From Verrucomicrobiia bacterium (GTDB lineage Bacteria; Verrucomicrobiota; Verrucomicrobiia; Limisphaerales; UBA11358): a DNA stretch of 64,000 nt. The DNA is taken from positions 24,889 to 88,888 of the forward strand of contig DATAST010000091.1 of assembly GCA_036269115.1 (NCBI GenBank), given 5' to 3'. Under the pieces are notes generated by a model that ran no database searches, was not told the DNA's origin, and was given only the letters and a program-made list of their open reading frames with translations. Positions 32,483 to 42,000 of this stretch are shown piece by piece (the stretch's first letter is position 1; every line of letters starts with the position of its first letter). Both the position numbers and the translations under genes were made by a program.

Positions 32483-33535
32483 TCAGCGATTCAACGTGGT
32501 CACACCATTCGTCTCTTCCGCCAATATCTTTCGCGCACCATCCACTACATAATCCCATTGAAACGCCGGACCTGGATCCACTTTGTCGGTCTGCACGTGG
32601 TAATGTCCCAGAATGCCTTCATAATTGGTGAGCACCTCGTCCGGTAATTTGGAGGTAATCGATTGGCCCGAATCATTGGTCGGATACTGGCACCGGATTT
32701 TTGGGAAAATTTTGCACAGCGTGGCCGTGAGTTTGACAAGAGCGTTGTATTGCTCGGGTGTGAAATCGTACTGGACCAGGTCCTTGCCCTGAATGTTGCC
32801 CTCGATCGGGGCGGGCCGCGCCGGATGCCCGACGAAATTGGGAGTCAAAATGCCGGCTGCGCCAAAGGCGTCGGGCACCGTCAAAACCGTCTGGCCGTTG
32901 GTTTGTTGATACCACGCATCGAGGAGATTCGATTCGGTCAATTGATACGCGCCGACATTGGCGATTTCTATTCCGATGGATCGGCTGTTGGCGATCGTAG
33001 CCTGCCAGGCCCGCTCCTTCAAATCCAGTGTCTGGTAGATCGTTCCGTCCACATCCAGCATGAATTGCACGCTCAACCCGCGCACGTCCTGCAGCGTGTG
33101 AAAGCAGCGGCGACTTGTCCCCGCTACGTCAAAGTGAATGACAAACTGATCTACGATCCGTTGCAGCATTGGCAAGTCCCAATTGCCCGACTGCACCGCT
33201 GCAAATTCCTCAGGCGTCATGTTGTGGTCACGCACATTATAATGGATGCCGTTGTACAATTGAGGTGGATCATTCGATAGACCAGTGAAACGCGGGGTTA
33301 TGCGGTAAGCGTCGTAGCCATTTGGGTCCAGCCACAGCACCACGCGCGTGCCGGTGTGGAAAAACTGTCCGGCGGCCACAATTTCATCGCCAGTTCGCGG
33401 CTCCGGAGTGCCCGGTCCGGGAGTCTTGTTTGGTTTATCGGTCTTGTTACCGGGGAGGAAAAATAGAAGACACGCTACCACCAACAATGGGATAAAAACC
33501 CACAGCCGGCTGAGAGGAACAGTGGAACGATTCAC
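32483..33535 (-). CDS. N-acetylmuramoyl-L-alanine amidase (Amidase_2/PGRP domain), membrane anchored
   Basis: N-terminal TM LWVFIPLLVVACLLFFL. FVIHFDVAGTSRRCFHTL, RSIGIEIANVG and ILGHYHVQTDKVDPGPAFQW fit the amidase_2 family. Confidence 0.8.
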   Translation of the reverse strand: MNRSTVPLSRLWVFIPLLVVACLLFFLPGNKTDKPNKTPGPGTPEPRTGDEIVAAGQFFHTGTRVVLWLDPNGYDAYRITPRFTGLSNDPPQLYNGIHYNVRDHNMTPEEFAAVQSGNWDLPMLQRIVDQFVIHFDVAGTSRRCFHTLQDVRGLSVQFMLDVDGTIYQTLDLKERAWQATIANSRSIGIEIANVGAYQLTESNLLDAWYQQTNGQTVLTVPDAFGAAGILTPNFVGHPARPAPIEGNIQGKDLVQYDFTPEQYNALVKLTATLCKIFPKIRCQYPTNDSGQSITSKLPDEVLTNYEGILGHYHVQTDKVDPGPAFQWDYVVDGARKILAEETNGVTTLNR

Positions 33536-33584
33536 CTGTATGGGCCGCGAGTTTGGACATTCCGCGGGCCCGATACAATAAGAA

Positions 33585-34589
33585 TTATTTCAACAACTCT
33601 TCCGCAATCTGCACTGCGTTTAGCGCCGCGCCTTTGAGCAATTGGTCTCCGCTCACCCAAAACGCCAGGCCGTTTTCAAACGCGCAATCCTTCCGGATGC
33701 GGCCCACTTCGCAGTTATATTTTTCCGAGGTGAACAGCGGCATTGGATACTTTTTGTTTTCCGGCTCGTCGACCAGGTCCAGGCCCGGCGCGCTTTTCAA
33801 GACGGTCCGCGCGGCTTCTACCGTGACGGCTTTGTCAAATTCCGCATTCACCGCGACTGAATGCGAGCGATAGACCGGTACCCGCACGCATGTCACACTG
33901 GCGTGAAAATCGGGGTGATGCATGATTTTGCGGCCTTCGTTTTCCATCTTCATTTCTTCCTTGGTATAACCATTTGCCAAAAACGAATCCACGTGGGGCA
34001 AAACATTGAAGGCGATTTGATGGGGATACACCTCTTTCGTCACCGGCCTGCCGGAAATGACTTCGCCCACCTGACGCTTCAATTCCTCGATGGCCTTGGC
34101 ACCGGTGCCGCTCACGGCCTGGTAGCTGGATGCAAAAATCCGCTTCACGTGGAAAGCCTGGTGTAACGGGTACAGTGCCATCAATGTCACCGCCGTGGTG
34201 CAATTCGGATTGGCAATGATGCCCTTGTGCCGTTTCACATCCGCCGCGTTGATTTCAGGAATCACCAGCGGCACAGCGTCATCCATGCGGAATGCACTGG
34301 AATTGTCAATGACCACACATCCTGCCGCCGCTGCGATGGGGGCAAGTTCCTTCGAAATGCTTCCCCCGGCGCTGAAGAGGGCAATGTCAATGCCGCCAAA
34401 GGAATCCCGCGTCAATTCCCTGACTACAACCTCCGCGCCACGAAAAGTCTGCATCTTTCCGGTCGAACGGGCTGAGGCCAGCAAAGTCAATTTGCCCACT
34501 GGAAAATTGCGTTTTTCCAATGTTTTAATCATTTCAACGCCGACGGCGCCAGTTGCGCCCACGATCGCCACGCTCGGATTCTTGTTCAT
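33585..34589 (-). CDS. asd: aspartate-semialdehyde dehydrogenase
   Basis: 334 aa. VAIVGATGAVG NAD(P) motif, active-site region IIANPNCTT, full-length colinearity with Asd. Confidence 0.95.
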   Translation of the reverse strand: MNKNPSVAIVGATGAVGVEMIKTLEKRNFPVGKLTLLASARSTGKMQTFRGAEVVVRELTRDSFGGIDIALFSAGGSISKELAPIAAAAGCVVIDNSSAFRMDDAVPLVIPEINAADVKRHKGIIANPNCTTAVTLMALYPLHQAFHVKRIFASSYQAVSGTGAKAIEELKRQVGEVISGRPVTKEVYPHQIAFNVLPHVDSFLANGYTKEEMKMENEGRKIMHHPDFHASVTCVRVPVYRSHSVAVNAEFDKAVTVEAARTVLKSAPGLDLVDEPENKKYPMPLFTSEKYNCEVGRIRKDCAFENGLAFWVSGDQLLKGAALNAVQIAEELLK

Positions 34590-34829
34590 AAAAGGGGAAC
34601 GATTCTAACACGAAAGGCCCAAGTGTCAATGAGCCGGTACCGTAGGTCAGGCGGCTTTCAAGCGGCGTGTTTTGCATCAATCCATCATCCATCCATCCAT
34701 TAATCCAACCGCTCTGGCCCACCGCTGCTGTCCTGGTAACTGTTTGTGAGTGATTGTGCATAAATTTCTTCGCTTTATGATTGACCATGACCGTTGAGTA
34801 TGAGGAAATAATGATTCTATAGTAATCAA

Positions 34830-37800
34830 ATGCCGAAATTTCCAGTCAGAACCGCCAACGGGCATAAAGCCGGTACAACCAAATACGACGCACATCATAA
34901 AGTGCTTACGCAAACCTACGGAGCGTTTGCAGACCTGCGGCGGGAATTGTCGGATTCAAAAGAAACAGTAGGTGGACGCGAGGATATCCTGCGCAGCTTC
35001 GCCGCCTGTGTCGATTCCCAACGCTCATGGCTCCTGTTGGAAGATTATTTTGAAAAGCTCTCTCTTTCCCGCAAAGATTTTCCCGATAACAGCTGGTGGC
35101 CGCGGTTGTTGAACGCGCAGGGCACCTCGCGCCTCGAGGAATTGGCCTTCCTCTTCTTGCGCGCCAAGCGCTCTGTGCCTCCTGAATTGCAGTCTCACGC
35201 CAGCCTGGAACATTTCGCCAGGGCGGAGGAAGCCGAGAAGGAATTGAAACTGGTCCAGGAACTCGAGAACTGGCTCTCGCCGCTGGCTATGCCTTTACTG
35301 GATACTCCGCGCGCCAGCCTCCGGGTTGTGTGCCGCCCTCAGTCCGACGAAGAGGACGGCTCACGTCAGCGCCTCACGGTCCAGTTCCTGTTGTCTCGTC
35401 CCCGCACCGGCGAGAAAGCGCGCTCGCTTCACGACCTGATTGACCTCGTTGTTCGCGCCACTCACGAACAGGAGCTTTTTGCGCCCCATGACTGGGAATT
35501 CATTCAATGGCTCGCGGCCACTCATCGCAATCGGGCTGATGGCGCCGATACGCTGATACTCACCGACACGGAGTTGATGCAATGGCTCGCGCGCTGGGGC
35601 CACACCAACCGGCTGGAGCTATGCGGCTCAACGCAGCCGTTGCAATTCCACGGGCAAATCATTGCGCTCTCGCCTCACCTGGAAAACGGAGATAAAGAGT
35701 TGTCATTTACGCACCGTTTCGTCCTGCCATGCGGCAATTCTCAATCCGTCGCGGACGCCAAATTTTTTAATCACCAGCCGCCGCTGGCCCTGGTGGGAGG
35801 CACCTTTTTCTTAATGCGCAACGCGCCGCCGCCGCGCGTTCTGAAATATCTGGCCAACAAGCCCTCCGTGCCGGTCCGCAAATTGAGCCATCGCCTGCTT
35901 CTGCACCTGCGCAAAACGCAGTCCGCAAACGGCGTGGATTGGGAACAGCTTTGCGTGACCCACAAGGCCACGCCGCAATTTGTCTTCGAATTGCTCGATG
36001 AAACTGTCCGCCTGCGCCTCCTCGCCAAAAGCCAGCGTGACCAGAGCGTCTGGTTTTGGACCGGCCAGGAATGGCAGTCCAACGACGTCAAAAAACGGCC
36101 GCACGACAAACCCGAAATTCTTGACGATCCCCGCCTGGAACCCGCCGCCCAATGGCTGCGTAAGCTGGATTGGTTCACCCCCGAACCCGGCCTGTGGATC
36201 GGCGACGCAAACGAAAATTTCCTCGGTCTCCTGGCCGAAGCCTGGGGCACGCGGCCGTCGGAACCCGAATACCTTGGCAACCCCGCCTTTCACCGTCTCT
36301 TCCTCACGCCCCGGCAGCTCAAACCCAAATTGATCATCAAAGGCAGCGGCATTGACTGGCTGTCTGTCTCCGCCGAGTGGGAAGCCGAAGGTTTGAAACT
36401 TACCAAAGCCGATTTGGATCGCCTGGCCTCGGCCAGTGGACGGTTTGTTAAATTGCCAAATTCCGGCTGGGTCGAACTGGATGCCTCAGCCGTTCAGAAC
36501 GCGCACGAGGTCATGGCGGACATGGGGGTCGAAGGCATCGTCGCCATTCCGCAAAAAGTCGGAATGGAACACGTCGCGCACCTGGGTGAAGAAGGATTCT
36601 CTCGTTTCACCGACACACAGGAAGCAAAGGAACTTCGCAAACGCCTCACTCAATTCCGCGGTGTGCCCTCTGCCGGTTTGCCGCGCGGCCTGGTCGCCGA
36701 GTTGCGTCCGTATCAAAAGGATGGTTACGATTTTCTGGCCCATCTCGCTGAAATCAAACTCGGCGGCATTTTGGCGGACGACATGGGCCTGGGCAAAACT
36801 CTCCAAACCCTGACATGGCTGGCCTGGCTCAAAGAACGCAATGCGAAGAATGCCAAGCCGTCCCTGGTCATTTGTCCGGCATCGGTCCTGCATAACTGGC
36901 GCCGCGAAGCTGAGAAATTCACGCCGGACATGCGGGTGTTGGTCCTGGAAAGCGGCGCTGCCCGGCATAATCTGCGCAAATTGATTCCCCAGCGCGACTT
37001 GATCGTCACCAATTATGCCCTGTTGCGACGCGACCTCGAGGAACTCCAAAAATTTTCCTTCCGGGCCGTAATCCTGGACGAAGCCCAATTTATTAAAAAT
37101 CCCGGCGCGCAAGTCACCCAATCGGTCAAGCAATTGAAGTGCGAACATAAACTCGCGCTGACTGGCACGCCGCTGGAAAATCGCCTGCTCGACCTGTGGA
37201 GCATAGTGGATTTCATCCAGCCGGGTTATCTGGGCACCCAGGAACAATTTCTCGAAACTTACGAACCGCGCGGTGAAAACGCCGAAAGCGAACAGCGCAT
37301 CGCTCGCCGCCGCCTCTCCTCCAAATTGCGTCCGCTCCTCCTGCGCCGTCTCAAGAAACACGTTGCCAAGGACCTGCCGGATCGTATCGAGGAACGCCGC
37401 GATTGCCCGCTGGGCGATGAGCAGCGCAAATTGTACCTGGCCGAATTGCGCCGCAGCCGCGAGCAGGTCATGAAGGCCGTAGAAACCCAGGGCCTGAACA
37501 AATCCAAAATGCACGTCCTGGCTGCGCTCACCCGCTTGCGCCAGATTTGCTGCCATCCCTCTCTCGTCGGCAGCGACACGGCCAGCGGCAAGACCGAAAC
37601 GCTCTTCGAATTGCTCGACCCGCTTATTGCCGACGGACAAAAAGTCCTGGTCTTTTCACAATTCGTGCAAATGCTCCAATTGCTTGAAAAAGAATGTGCC
37701 TTGCGAAACATCCATACGCACGTGCTGACCGGCCAGACCAAAGGCCGGCAGGAAGTCGTCAATGCCTTCCAGACCGATACAAAGGCTGGGGTGTTTCTCC

Positions 37801-38093
37801 TAAGCTTGCGCGCCGCCGGGACTGGGCTGAATCTGACCAACGCCAGTTATGTGGTGCTTTATGACCCCTGGTGGAATCCCGCTGTGGAAGCCCAGGCCAT
37901 CGACCGTTCTCACCGGATTGGCCAGACCCAAACCGTCAACGCGTATCGTTTGATCGCGCCCGGTACGGTGGAAGAAAAAATCTGGGAACTGCAGCAGAGC
38001 AAAGCCCAAACCATTGCCGACGTGCTCGGCGAAGAAGGCTTCGCCCGCAGCCTCACCGCTACGGACCTCGAATACCTCTTTTCGGAAGACTAG
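34830..38093 (+). CDS. SNF2-family helicase/translocase with ~600-aa uncharacterised N-terminal region
   Basis: 1087 aa. Motif I LADDMGLGKTLQ, motif II ILDEAQFIKN, and helicase-C region GTGLNLTNASYVVLYDPWWNPAVEAQAIDRSHRIGQ. Confidence 0.9.
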   Translation: MPKFPVRTANGHKAGTTKYDAHHKVLTQTYGAFADLRRELSDSKETVGGREDILRSFAACVDSQRSWLLLEDYFEKLSLSRKDFPDNSWWPRLLNAQGTSRLEELAFLFLRAKRSVPPELQSHASLEHFARAEEAEKELKLVQELENWLSPLAMPLLDTPRASLRVVCRPQSDEEDGSRQRLTVQFLLSRPRTGEKARSLHDLIDLVVRATHEQELFAPHDWEFIQWLAATHRNRADGADTLILTDTELMQWLARWGHTNRLELCGSTQPLQFHGQIIALSPHLENGDKELSFTHRFVLPCGNSQSVADAKFFNHQPPLALVGGTFFLMRNAPPPRVLKYLANKPSVPVRKLSHRLLLHLRKTQSANGVDWEQLCVTHKATPQFVFELLDETVRLRLLAKSQRDQSVWFWTGQEWQSNDVKKRPHDKPEILDDPRLEPAAQWLRKLDWFTPEPGLWIGDANENFLGLLAEAWGTRPSEPEYLGNPAFHRLFLTPRQLKPKLIIKGSGIDWLSVSAEWEAEGLKLTKADLDRLASASGRFVKLPNSGWVELDASAVQNAHEVMADMGVEGIVAIPQKVGMEHVAHLGEEGFSRFTDTQEAKELRKRLTQFRGVPSAGLPRGLVAELRPYQKDGYDFLAHLAEIKLGGILADDMGLGKTLQTLTWLAWLKERNAKNAKPSLVICPASVLHNWRREAEKFTPDMRVLVLESGAARHNLRKLIPQRDLIVTNYALLRRDLEELQKFSFRAVILDEAQFIKNPGAQVTQSVKQLKCEHKLALTGTPLENRLLDLWSIVDFIQPGYLGTQEQFLETYEPRGENAESEQRIARRRLSSKLRPLLLRRLKKHVAKDLPDRIEERRDCPLGDEQRKLYLAELRRSREQVMKAVETQGLNKSKMHVLAALTRLRQICCHPSLVGSDTASGKTETLFELLDPLIADGQKVLVFSQFVQMLQLLEKECALRNIHTHVLTGQTKGRQEVVNAFQTDTKAGVFLLSLRAAGTGLNLTNASYVVLYDPWWNPAVEAQAIDRSHRIGQTQTVNAYRLIAPGTVEEKIWELQQSKAQTIADVLGEEGFARSLTATDLEYLFSED

Positions 38094-38226
38094 ACTAACT
38101 TGCGTAGCAGCGGACATAAGTCCGCTCTGATTGATTCGGCGATGCAACGACGAGGAATCATTGCCGCGTGATCCCACAAATTATCGGTGGTCTCGGCGAA
38201 GCTTCGGGTGCCTGCCGTCCAACCGC

Positions 38227-38583
38227 TCACTTCGCATCCGCAGCCGCCACAATCTTCGTGGGCGTCAGAACTTCCTTGCCGTGTTTCTCTTTCACGGTCC
38301 CGGTTACAGTCGCCTTTTCTCCGTCGGTCGTGCAAATGTTGGAGTGAAAATCCTTGCTCACCTGATTTTGAGTGAGGAAGTAGTCGATGTTTGTGCCGTT
38401 GCTTTCCACCTCAAGGACATTTTGGCAGGCCTTGGTAACGTGCAGCTTGCATTTGCCGCAGACCATTGTGCCGCTCAGCGTTACTTCATTTTTGGTATCG
38501 TCCGCCAGCGCGGCCAACCCAAGGGTTGCCGCTACAAATCCGACGGCCAATGTGGGGAGTCTTTTCGATATTTTCATAAACAA
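38227..38583 (-). CDS. small secreted protein, unknown function
   Basis: 118 aa. Signal peptide ..KRLPTLAVGFVAATLGLAALA; Cys pairs (CGKCKL, KACQ, NICT). No family recognised. Confidence 0.6.
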   Translation of the reverse strand: MFMKISKRLPTLAVGFVAATLGLAALADDTKNEVTLSGTMVCGKCKLHVTKACQNVLEVESNGTNIDYFLTQNQVSKDFHSNICTTDGEKATVTGTVKEKHGKEVLTPTKIVAAADAK

Positions 38584-38714
38584 TCCTTTTTACATACCGC
38601 ACAACGTCAGCATGACGTTGCTTTTGAATGAACCGGACAACCCTATTAACATTACATTTACGAATAAATCCGCAAGTATTTTTTTATTCATTTCCGTCTT
38701 CCAGGCGCGAGCCT

Positions 38715-40202
38715 CTATTTCTCCCATGCGCGTGCGCGCTTCAATGCCTCCGCCCATCGGTTCCGGCGATGCGCCACCTCATCCGCGCTAATGGCCGGTT
38801 CGAAGATCCGTTCCGCTTTCCAGGCCGTCTTGAGCGACGCCTGGTGCTTCCAATAACCCACCGCCAATCCGGCAAGGTGCGCCGCCCCGAGCGCGGTCGT
38901 CTCGATGACCGCGGGCCGGGCCACCGGCGCCTGTAAGAGGTCAGCTTGAAATTGCATCAACAGATTGTTCGCGCACGCCCCGCCATCGACTCGCAGCTGT
39001 TTCGGTTGGATTCCCGAATCCTCGCGCATCGCGTCCAGCACGTCGGCCACCTGAAAGGCGATCCCCTCCAAAGCCGCGCGGGCAATGTTCCCCGCCGTGG
39101 TGCCGCGCGTCAGGCCGGCAATGGAACCGCGCGCATATTGGTCCCAATGCGGCGCGCCCAGCCCTGCGAACGCGGGAACAAAATAGACTCCGCCGCAATC
39201 CGGTACGCTCGCCGCCAGCGCCTCAATTTCGCCCGAAGATTTGATTATTCCCAGCCCGTCGCGCAGCCATTGCACCACCGCGCCGCCAACAAAGACACTG
39301 CCTTCCAGGGCGTATTCGGTTCGGCCATCTGCGTTCGCCGCCACAGTCGTAATCAGCCGGTTCCGCGATGCCACGGGCTCGCTCCCCAAATTCATCAGCA
39401 TAAAGCAGCCAGTGCCGTAAGTATTCTTGGCTTGCCCGCGGTCAAAACAATTCTGGCCAAACAACGCTGCCTGTTGATCGCCGGCTACGCCTGCAATCCT
39501 GATCGGCGCTCCGAAAATGTCCCCGCTGCTTTCGCCGAAAATTCCGCTCGACGGACGCACCTCTGGCAACATTTCCCTGGGTATATCCAAAAGGCGAAGC
39601 AATTCATCATCCCAATCGCCGGTGCGAATGTTGAAAAGCATCGTGCGCGAGGCGTTTGTTACGTCCGTCGCGTGCAGCGTGCCGCCCGTAAGTTTCCAGA
39701 GCAGCCACGAATCCACCGTGCCAAAGGCCAGTTCGCCACGACTCGCGCGTTCACGTGTGCCCGGCACCTGATCGAGAATCCAGCGCAATTTGCTGCCACT
39801 GAAATAAGCGTCAATCACCAACCCCGTTTTTTCTCCTATCAATTGGCCCTTTCCAGCCCGGCTTAGTTCATCGCAGAAGCCGGCCGTCCGGCGGTCCTGC
39901 CAGACGATCGCGTTGTACACAGGGTTGCCATTGCGGCGGTCCCAGACAATCGCCGTTTCGCGCTGGTTCGTGATCCCGATGGCAGCGATCTCCGCCGCAG
40001 TTACCCGCGCCTCGGCCAGCGCCTTGCGCGCTACTTCCAACTGGCTTTGCCAAATCTGTTCCGGGTCATGCTCGACCCATCCGGCTTTTGGAAAGATCTG
40101 TTGGAACTCCTTCTGCGCCACACCCCGGATTTTCCCGCCTTGATCAAACAGAATCGCCCGGGAACTCGTCGTCCCCTGGTCTAGTGCCAAAATGAGAGAC
40201 AT
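38715..40202 (-). CDS. glpK: glycerol kinase
   Basis: 495 aa. [16 protein letters not shown] start, FGGY-family motifs, colinear with GlpK. Confidence 0.95.
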   Translation of the reverse strand: MSLILALDQGTTSSRAILFDQGGKIRGVAQKEFQQIFPKAGWVEHDPEQIWQSQLEVARKALAEARVTAAEIAAIGITNQRETAIVWDRRNGNPVYNAIVWQDRRTAGFCDELSRAGKGQLIGEKTGLVIDAYFSGSKLRWILDQVPGTRERASRGELAFGTVDSWLLWKLTGGTLHATDVTNASRTMLFNIRTGDWDDELLRLLDIPREMLPEVRPSSGIFGESSGDIFGAPIRIAGVAGDQQAALFGQNCFDRGQAKNTYGTGCFMLMNLGSEPVASRNRLITTVAANADGRTEYALEGSVFVGGAVVQWLRDGLGIIKSSGEIEALAASVPDCGGVYFVPAFAGLGAPHWDQYARGSIAGLTRGTTAGNIARAALEGIAFQVADVLDAMREDSGIQPKQLRVDGGACANNLLMQFQADLLQAPVARPAVIETTALGAAHLAGLAVGYWKHQASLKTAWKAERIFEPAISADEVAHRRNRWAEALKRARAWEK

Positions 40203-40413
40203 AAGTTAAGGGTTAAAGAGTTGAAGCGCTGAATCAACATTTTTTGGAGAGTCCCGGTCTCCAACGTCGAACAGCAGACCTGTCGGCCACCCCTTCGATG
40301 TTGGGCGTTCGATGTTCAGTGTTCGATGTTTTTGGAGCTTCATGGATACCTGCCTTGTGACCAGCCCTTGTGACCAGCTTGACCGGCGCGTCCCTTGGCC
40401 TTACCCTGAATCA

Positions 40414-40698
40414 ATGTCAAAGGCGAACAAAAAGGGCAAAGCCATTATGTTTGGCGTTGGGCTGGATTCCGATGGTCATAAACGGATTACCACCGGCGAA
40501 AACTTTGCCCTCGTTGGCGGGACAGCGGAAACTCACGACGTGATGACTGAGAAAGTCATCAAGATCAACGAGAAAATCAAATCACGCGGCAAGCAACTGG
40601 AAACCATCACCGGCAAGGAATTAGACGACATCGCCGAAGAAGTCGGCCTCAAAAAAGTCCCGTCCCGAAAGTCAAAACAACCTAATTCGCTGGAGTGA
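40414..40698 (+). CDS. small hypothetical protein (94 aa)
   Basis: Track ORF trimmed to ATG 40414. MSKANKKGKAIMFGVGLDSDGHKRITTGENFALVGGTAETHDVMTEK.., soluble and Lys-rich. No family recognised. Confidence 0.5.
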   Translation: MSKANKKGKAIMFGVGLDSDGHKRITTGENFALVGGTAETHDVMTEKVIKINEKIKSRGKQLETITGKELDDIAEEVGLKKVPSRKSKQPNSLE

Positions 40699-40728
40699 TT
40701 TCGGCGCTTGCTGATTCGCCCCTGGGCA

Positions 40729-40763
40729 GGGTAGGGCGGAAGTGCCCTTCCGCCAGGGCACCC
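40729..40763 (+). repeat. single GTAG-headed REP unit (second subtype)
   Basis: GGTAGGGCGGAAG-TGCC-CTTCCGCCAGGGCACCC: GTAG followed by an 8-bp perfect hairpin. Same design as 54906-54942. Confidence 0.7.
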
Positions 40764-40781
40764 GTCTCAGACGGGCGCCAG

Positions 40782-41999
40782 TCAACCAATAAACGCCGCA
40801 TGAACGGCTTTTACCGCCGTTTCGCCCTTGGCCAGGTCAATCACCACGGAGATTTTTATTTCGCTCGTCGAAATCATATCAATGTTCACACCCGCTTCCG
40901 CCAGCGTTTCGAACATTTTGCCGGCCACTCCCGTGTGCGATTTCATTCCCACGCCCACGATCGAAAGCTTCCCAATCTTTTCGGACGTGATCACGTCGCG
41001 CAGCCCGACTTTGCTCTTAAGTGACTCGATGACTTTTTGGGCTTTGAGCAGGTCTGCCTTTTCAACCGTGAATGAAATGTCCGTTTGCGGCGCGCCGGAG
41101 CCGTGGCTGATGTTTTGAACGATCATGTCGATGTTCACTGCGGCATCGCCCAACGCTTTGAAAATTTTGGCCGCGACGCCGGGTTTGTCCGGCACGCCTA
41201 CGAGCGTCACTTTTGCCTGGTTCCTGTCGAGCGCCACGCCGCGCACGACGACGCCTTCCATGCTTTTCGTTTCTTCTTTCACAATGGTTCCGGGGTTATC
41301 GTTTAGACTGGAACGGACTTCAAATACAACTCCAAATTTTTTCGCAAATTCCACCGATCGTGACTGCATTACCTTCGCGCCCAGGCTGGCAAGCTCGAGC
41401 ATTTCGTCGTAGGAAATCTCCGAGAGCTTTTGTGCCGTCGGCACAATCCGCGGGTCGGTCGTATAGACGCCGTCCACGTCCGTGTAAATCTGGCAAAGGT
41501 CCGCCTTGAGCGCCGCCGCCAGCGCAATCGCTGTCAAATCCGATCCGCCGCGGCCCAGGGTGGTTACCTGGCCTTCAGGAGTTTCGCCCTGGAAACCTGC
41601 CACAATAACCACGTGGCCCTGGTTCAAAAGCTCGTGAACTTTTTTGGGCGTGATATTGTGGATCTTGGCCTTTGTGTGGACGCCATCTGTCGTAATGCCC
41701 GCTTGTGCCCCGGTCATTGACACTGCTGGCACATTCAAGGCGTGTAGCGCAATTGCGGTCAGCGCGATCGTTTGCTGTTCGCCCGTGGCCAACAGTACGT
41801 CCATCTCCCGCTCGCTCGGCAGCGGCATGATTTCACGCGCCAGCTTGATCAAATTATCCGTCACTCCACTCATCGCCGACACCACCACCACCGTCTGGTC
41901 GCCACGAGAGCGATAATCGGCTATGCGCCGGGCCACATTCTTGATGCGCTCGGGATTCCCGACGGACGTGCCGCCGTATTTTTGGACGATCAGGGCCAT
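40782..41999 (-). CDS. lysC: aspartate kinase
   Basis: 405 aa. MALIVQKYGGTSVG start, two C-terminal ACT domains. Starts 1 nt after the aspS stop. Confidence 0.95.
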   Translation of the reverse strand: MALIVQKYGGTSVGNPERIKNVARRIADYRSRGDQTVVVVSAMSGVTDNLIKLAREIMPLPSEREMDVLLATGEQQTIALTAIALHALNVPAVSMTGAQAGITTDGVHTKAKIHNITPKKVHELLNQGHVVIVAGFQGETPEGQVTTLGRGGSDLTAIALAAALKADLCQIYTDVDGVYTTDPRIVPTAQKLSEISYDEMLELASLGAKVMQSRSVEFAKKFGVVFEVRSSLNDNPGTIVKEETKSMEGVVVRGVALDRNQAKVTLVGVPDKPGVAAKIFKALGDAAVNIDMIVQNISHGSGAPQTDISFTVEKADLLKAQKVIESLKSKVGLRDVITSEKIGKLSIVGVGMKSHTGVAGKMFETLAEAGVNIDMISTSEIKISVVIDLAKGETAVKAVHAAFIG

Positions 42000-42000
42000 G

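Noticed and set aside
36486-37640. 384-aa minus-strand ORF inside the SNF2 gene. Similar long antisense ORFs lie at 38946-39866, 45173-45784, 52398-53207, 53889-54563 and 61807-62541.
   Set aside because: All lie opposite confidently assigned genes (SNF2, glpK, DHH, gltX, U32, S1C protease) and have junk-like composition typical of high-GC shadow frames.
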